Of a stretch of 48,716 bases of DNA, positions 42,707-48,716 are shown one piece after another. The position numbers were made by a program, and so were the translations under genes. The notes below the pieces were generated by a model. It ran no database searches and had not been told where the DNA came from. It was given only the letters and a program-made list of their open reading frames with translations. Each line of letters opens with the position of its first letter. Positions within the stretch are counted from its first letter, which is position 1. The DNA comes from Coniocarpon cinnabarinum (lineage: Eukaryota), in the NCBI GenBank assembly GCA_051942205.1, contig JAVECO010000067.1:62001-110716 (forward strand). Direction: 5' to 3'.

Positions 42707-44542
42707 ATGGCAGAGAAGCGGCCGCACCCATCCACTGGCTACAGCGATGCGGAGACCAAACGCCCCAAACCATCACTTCCTCCCGAGGTGCAAGCGCGCT
42801 TGGATGCCGCAAAAGCCAAGATTGGAACGAAGAATGGGCCGCCAGCAGCAAAATCCACGACTACAGACGTAGCGCCCGCCGTCAATGGCCAGAAAATAGA
42901 TCTTGCCTCGATAAAGGCGCGAATTGCTGCCACTCGTTCACCTGGCCCCTCTCAGGAGCAGCAAAACAACAGCAATGTAACTTCTCTCGATGCACTCAAG
43001 GCCCGGATAAAGAAGACACAGAACCTCACACAAGGCAAATCCACACAAGTGCGAGATGACATTCAACCGCCTGAAAACCCCTTGGCGACGCCGCAAGGAG
43101 TGCTGCCGACGTCTGCGCACACTAATAATGCAGTCAAAAACAGAGCGGAAGATGCACACGGTGGACTGAATACAGCATTGCATCCAATGTTGATGGAAGG
43201 ATTCCGTAGCGACAATGATCGCGGCAAAAGCAAAGGATTGCCCGGTGCACGACATCCAACAACTGCAGGTAATCGTCGTCCACAATCTGAGCAGCCAGTA
43301 GATCAACTTGAGCTGGGAACGCCATCGATCGATGACATGAAAAAAGACAATCCCTACTTCGATACCAGCTTGACGTCTCATGCGACTGTGCCCCACGAGC
43401 GCCGAGGTCGTTCATTAAATTTCAATTTAAAGGGCAAATACATTGAGCAAGCAAATGAGCTACGTAAGCAGGCACAGTTGGCAGATGCCAAAGCAAGAAT
43501 TGCCGCAGAAATGCGGCGACAGGCACTGTTGGAAGATAAGTCGGAGCAAAACTTTCTTGTCAAAGATGTTCCCGCACTGGAGTGGTGGGATGAGGCTTTG
43601 GTTCACGGCGAAGCATACCCTGATTTTGAGAATGATCCTAACGGGGCCGAGACAAAGCTCAAGATTGACCTACCCGAAAGTGCCATCACAAACCTCATCC
43701 AACATCCAGTCCTGCTAGATCCCCCATTCGAGTCTCTACCTACGCAGAGCAAGCCCATGTATCTGACAAAGAAAGAACAGAAGAAAATGCGCCTACAAAA
43801 CCGAATGGCCGACCTCAAAGAAAAGCAAGCCAAGGTTCGTCTCGGATTGCAGGAGCCTGACCCGCCAAAGATCAAGAAAAGCAACTTAATGCGCGTGCTT
43901 GGCAACGAAGCCGTCAAAGATCCAACAGCGGTCGAAGCTCGCGTCACGCGCGAGATCGAAGAGCGTGCGGAGAAGCATGATGCTATGAATGAAGAACGCG
44001 CATTGAGCAAAGGAGAGCGCAAGCAGAAGAACGAGGAGAAAGCACAAGCAGACGCGTCGCGAGGTCTCTTCCAGAGTGTATATCGTGTTGACAGTCTTGC
44101 TTACGGCAAAAACCGCAGTAAGATTGACATGAATGCGAAACAATACCGTGACCTTACTGGCATCATCATAACAAATCCGAATTGCTGTTGCGTGGTCATC
44201 GAAGCCGGCCAACACACGCAAAAAGCCATGAAGAAGCTCATGCTAAACCGCATCAAGTGGACTGAGAATGCATCTTCAACTGCCCCTACGACAGATCTCA
44301 GAGGCAATGAAAAAGCCCCATTGCCCCAGTGGCTACGAGCTGAAGACGCGCGAGGTTGGCTCAAAGACCTAACCACAAACAAATGTTCATTGGTCTGGGA
44401 GGGTGAGGTAAAGCAACGGAACTTTAAGTTTTGGGCTCAACGCGATTGTGAGACGGATGGTGCGGCTCGCCAAACGTTGGAAAGGAACAGGCTAGAGAAT
44501 GCCTGGGTCATGGCCCGAAATTGGAACCTCGAAGCGTTTTGA
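42707..44542 (+). CDS. PRP3: U4/U6 snRNP splicing factor Prp3, ~611 aa, intronless
   Basis: Motifs NPYFD, FNLKGKYIEQANELR, LEWWD, IQHPVLL, MYLTKKEQKKMR, KIKKSNLMRVLGNEAVKDPTAVEARV, KKLMLNRIKW and CSLVWEGEVKQRNF. First ATG at 42707. Confidence 0.96.
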   Translation: MAEKRPHPSTGYSDAETKRPKPSLPPEVQARLDAAKAKIGTKNGPPAAKSTTTDVAPAVNGQKIDLASIKARIAATRSPGPSQEQQNNSNVTSLDALKARIKKTQNLTQGKSTQVRDDIQPPENPLATPQGVLPTSAHTNNAVKNRAEDAHGGLNTALHPMLMEGFRSDNDRGKSKGLPGARHPTTAGNRRPQSEQPVDQLELGTPSIDDMKKDNPYFDTSLTSHATVPHERRGRSLNFNLKGKYIEQANELRKQAQLADAKARIAAEMRRQALLEDKSEQNFLVKDVPALEWWDEALVHGEAYPDFENDPNGAETKLKIDLPESAITNLIQHPVLLDPPFESLPTQSKPMYLTKKEQKKMRLQNRMADLKEKQAKVRLGLQEPDPPKIKKSNLMRVLGNEAVKDPTAVEARVTREIEERAEKHDAMNEERALSKGERKQKNEEKAQADASRGLFQSVYRVDSLAYGKNRSKIDMNAKQYRDLTGIIITNPNCCCVVIEAGQHTQKAMKKLMLNRIKWTENASSTAPTTDLRGNEKAPLPQWLRAEDARGWLKDLTTNKCSLVWEGEVKQRNFKFWAQRDCETDGAARQTLERNRLENAWVMARNWNLEAF

Positions 44543-45701
44543 CTTCCACCACATCTGCTAAGCATTGGCTGCTTATGAAAAGGTGATTTCGCTGCTGCTG
44601 TAGCTGCGCGGGGAAACTGCCTCTCGATGCATTGCATATGCACAGAAGCAGCGCGTATCCATGTACTAGAACAGCTTGCTTGTGCCATTTTTTTTCTAGA
44701 GCAAGCGTGACCGGCATTCAACTCCTGCAGGTGAATGCTTACTATCAAGACCACTTGAGTGCTTAATGTCGACTTGAATATACAAGCAAGCTGCAGCTAC
44801 ACAAACTGTCCCATTCTAAACAGCAACGTCGACGCCCGACATGTTTGGAATCTCACCGTTTATGCGAAGAAAGTAATCCTCTGTTTCAAAGAACCTTCGT
44901 ATATGATTTTGACTTGTTTTCTGTTTTCAAAATTTATGTATGAATTTGATTTCAAGTTCTCGGATGTGAGGACAGCATAGTTCCTAGAAGGTACGTCAAG
45001 AGCCTTTCACGGAGGTTGCAATATAGTTTTATGGTAGCTTTAAACGGTTATAAGCTATTAGACAATCTAAAACTACAGCTGTTAGCTATAGAAACTATGT
45101 AATTGGGCTTAGTTTTCGGCTCATTTTAAGACTAAGCACTGAAATCTAATCTGAATACTAGTTACGTGTAGTAATATAATCTGTACTAGTATAAAACAAT
45201 TACTAGCTCTGACTAGACTTTATAAATACTAAATGTCTAAGACAACATATAACTGTTTTAAAATCAGAATTTGAATCCGTCTTTACTAGAACTACCTTCT
45301 TACAAGATTCTATAAATATATGAAGCTTCCAAATCTAGAGAGATCTATGTACTTAGATTCTCTTAAAGTTACTAAACTACGGTAATAAGTGGTAACTGTT
45401 ACTACTAAATAGAAAGTTTACGCCTTAATAATTAAGTTACTAACTTGAACAACGGTTTTCTATAGTAATCTCGACACAATCCTATAGATAAGTTACTACC
45501 TTAGGGGCCTTCTTAGAGATTTTAATCTAGTTTTTAGAGAGTTTTAATATGGTTTTAATATAGTTTTAGGTTATTAAGCTAGTTTAAAACTATTCGCAAA
45601 CTTTATAAGGAGCGAATATAAGAATTTATTATATGGTTTAAAGTTATAGTATATTATTAAATATATAAGAGATTTTAGCTTAGAATTAAGACTAGGCTTA
45701 A

Positions 45702-48690
45702 TACTACCTTAGGGGCCTTCTTAGAAGTTTTGATAAAGTATTAAAACTATATTAAGCTGGTTTTAAAACGGGTTGAAAACGGTTATACGTTTAAAAACTA
45801 GCTTAATACTAGCTTAAAACCTTATATAGATCTATATTTATATAGATCCTTATTATTAGTACTTATTTTAAATCTATTTTAGTATTAAATTTTATTATAA
45901 TTATATATTCTAGTTTTAGACTAGTTCTTAGACTTAGTATTAAAACTATCTTAATATTTATTATATTAAAGTAGTCTATATCTACTTTAAAACTAGTTAT
46001 ATTATTAGCTTTAGTAATATATTAGGTTTTTTTGTTAAGATTAGTTATAAGATTAAGTTATATACTAATTTTATTACTAGTTTTAGTTAAATAGTATATA
46101 TTATAATCTGAATTAAGTTTATTATCTAGTATTAGATATTCTAGGGTATAACTATCTAATTAAGAATATAGCTTTGCTTTTTAATTTTAAAATTCTAACA
46201 TTTTAAATAGCTACGCTATTAAAAATATTTTTAAGAATCTAGGGTATTTAGCTAAAACTACTATATAAAATATTAAAATATAAGCCTTATATATCTAAAT
46301 AGGCCTAGTTTATTAGTTTTTTATAAGTTAAAATTTTATACTACTATTATGTATCTAAAAATAAATTTAATCTTATAACTAGGTAATATTCGACCTTAAG
46401 AGATTTTAGGTTTTAGTAAAAAAAAACGGTAACTATATAGTTAAATAACGGCAATAAAACGGTTTAAAAACTATATTAAAACTATATTAAAACCGTTTTA
46501 AGCATAAACCTAATCATACTACTTCTATTACTATTTCTAGTAAGTTAGTTTATAGTTAAATTTATTCTAAATATTTTACCTATATATAATTTTAGATAAG
46601 GTATTCTAGGTTATAACCATCTACCTTAAGGTCTAACTCTAAGGTTTTAATATAGTTATAATAAGGTTTTAAAACTAATTTAGTCTTAGATATAAGCTTA
46701 ATTATAAGATATATATTCTAATTAATTTATATTAGTAATAGTAGTAGATAATAAATTTATTTTTAGTTATATTTTTAGTTTATATTCAAGACTCTATTCT
46801 ATATAAAGCTCTATTTACTTATTAGTTATAAAAGTCTATTTTAGAACTAGGTTTATTTTAAGATTAGTCTAAGAGTCTATTCTAGATTAAGATTTTTATT
46901 TAGATTAGTTCTAAGAGTCTAGTTTAGATTAAGATTAGTTTAAAGTCTATTTTAAAGTTAAATATAATATTAAAATTAGTTTAGATTCTATTTTAGAATT
47001 AGTTATAAAATTAAGATTACTTAGAGTTTTATAACTATTTTATAACTATTTTATAACTATTCTATAACTACTTTATAACTACTTTATAACTAGATTAAAA
47101 CTATTAAAATACTAGATCTTTTACTAAAACCTAAAACCTTTTAAGATTAAAGTTAGATTTTAGGTTTATTACTTATATAAGTATAATTATAAGTATAGAG
47201 TTTTAGATAAGTATAGGTTCTAGTCTATATAAAAATATAGATATATATAATATAAAAAAAAAAAAAATATAAAAGATAGTTAGGTATATAATATATATAT
47301 AAATTTATTATAAATAATTAACGCTTTATAAGTATTTAAAAATATATTTATAGTTATTATTTAAGCTTTATAGCTATTTACTCTAATCTAAAGTAGATAT
47401 AAAGTAGTTAATAAAAATAATTATAAAAATACTATAAATTATTTATTACTTTTTTATATACTAAATAAAAAGATTAAGTACTAGATTTATTATAAATAGC
47501 TTAATAAGAGTATTAATAATAAAAAAATATAATAGTAGAACTAGTAGTATAGAATAAAGGCCTATAATACTTATATCTTTTATTTAGAGTATAATATAGT
47601 AAAATTTTTTAATAATAGCGTCTATTTTTAGTTCTTTAGTATATTTATAAAAATAATATACTTTTATTATAAAAGCCTTATAAGTATAAATATAATAATA
47701 GACTTATTATAATTATATATAAATACACTTTATAGCTTTTTAAAGAATATATAGCTTAAAAATATATTTTATAAATTAATACTATTATAAATACTAAGAT
47801 AATACTATATATAAAGGTTTAGACTAAAAGCTATAAAAGTAAGAATATCTTTATAGACTATATTTATTTAAAATATATTAGCTAGGTCTACTTTATTATT
47901 CTATATTAAATTAGTCTATTTTAATATAAAAATAAAGCTTTTTATTAGTACGCTATAGTATTTTAATAGATTATTTATAGCTTTAGTTAGTTTTTTATTA
48001 TTTTGCTAAGTACTAGTAAAACCTAGTTAAATAGACTACTTTATAATATTTTTTATAAATATATAATCTATTAAATTAGAAGGTATAGTATTATTTACTA
48101 TTTAGTTTTAAGCTTTATAAATAATTAGTAAGTTATAAGTATACTCTTAAATAATATACTTATACTTAGTTTTATAAAATAATATATTTATATTTATAAC
48201 TATACTATATTTTTATATAGTATTAGTAATATATAAGCTAGTATAGATATTAGTAAACCTAGTAGATTTAAAAGCTTATTAAATTTCTTATTTTATATCT
48301 ATAATATTTACTTAGTAATTATACTGTATACAACTAGCTTATTAGTTATACTTAAATTACTTTTTACTTTTTTAGTATAAAAAATCTTAGTACTACCTTG
48401 GAGGCCCTCTTAAAGGTTTTAATAAGATATTAGAACTATATTAAGCTAGTTTTAAAGTAGGTTTAAAATAGTTATAAGTTTTAAAACTAGCTTAATACTA
48501 GCTTAAAACCTTATAGAGCTCTATAGTAAAATAAATCATTATTTTTAGATCTAATTTAATATCTATTCTAGTAATAAATTCTATTATAATTATATATTCT
48601 AGTTTTAGACTAGTTTTTAGACTAGATGTTAAATCTATTTAAATATTTATTATATTATAGTAGTCTCTTTTTACTGTTAGACTAGTTATA
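45702..48690 (+). repeat. Pair of ~300-bp direct repeats (45702-46001 and 48391-48690), plus a shorter copy of the same terminus at 45494
   Basis: Both copies begin TACTACCTT(A/G)G(G/A)GGCC(T/C)TCTTA and are essentially colinear (e.g. AAAACTAGCTTAATACTAGCTTAAAACCTTATA; TATTATAATTATATATTCTAGTTTTAGACTAGTT). 45494-45517 is identical to 45702-45725. Confidence 0.85.
47029..47092 (+). repeat. 11-bp tandem minisatellite (TTATAACTA(T/C)T, ~6 units)
   Basis: Read directly. Confidence 0.85.
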
Positions 48691-48714
48691 AGACTAGTTA
48701 TAAGACTAGTTATA
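48679..48714 (+). repeat. 12-bp tandem repeat AGACTAGTTATA x3
   Basis: Read directly at the window end. Confidence 0.9.
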
Positions 48715-48716
48715 AT

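Larger units (their letters stand above)
44980..48716. mobile_element. AT-rich, RIP-degenerated repeat/transposon relic, continuing past the window end
   Basis: Abrupt fall in GC, near-absence of CpA/TpG with strong TpA excess, and no ORF of 60 aa or more in the track beyond 44980. Internal repeat copies differ substantially by C/T and G/A transitions. The left boundary is gradual and approximate. Confidence 0.85.

Noticed and set aside
47254..47267. A14 run as a LINE/SINE poly(A) tail
   Set aside because: No target-site duplication or element body is discernible, and such runs are expected in RIPed AT-rich DNA.
45494..48716. CRISPR array or telomeric repeat interpretation of the AT-rich repeats
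   Set aside because: Eukaryotic context, no regular repeat-spacer structure and no (TTAGGG)n tract.

Overview
This is eukaryotic DNA from a filamentous ascomycete (Pezizomycotina), shown by short GT-AG introns with CTRAC branch points and a RIP-type AT-rich block. It has three zones. (1) Bases 1 to ~10 kb are an intron-rich accessory region: a decayed APH-like kinase, a candidate aromatic-acid catabolic cluster (2,3-dihydroxybenzoate-decarboxylase-like amidohydrolase, an intronless bacterial-type 4,5-dihydroxyphthalate decarboxylase-like gene, and a divergently transcribed MFS transporter), and an uncharacterised fungal membrane protein. (2) ~10.5-44.5 kb is a compact, largely intron-poor housekeeping block: CCDC174-like, MRPL28/mL40, an orphan, ATG9, RPA190, DPM1, a single-pass PY-motif protein, ERG13, an HSL-family hydrolase, RFT1, GGCT-like, DBP3 and PRP3. 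(3) ~45 kb to the end is an AT-rich, CpA/TpG-depleted repeat relic with repeated TACTACCTT termini and 11-12 bp subrepeats, possibly RIP-erased CACTA-type transposon ends. The most interesting items are the double-decarboxylase/MFS cluster, an apparent one-residue deletion in the Pol I trigger loop, the ATG9/RPA190 shared promoter and the repeat relic. Exon structures were derived by hand and family calls come from recalled motifs; no database searches were run.
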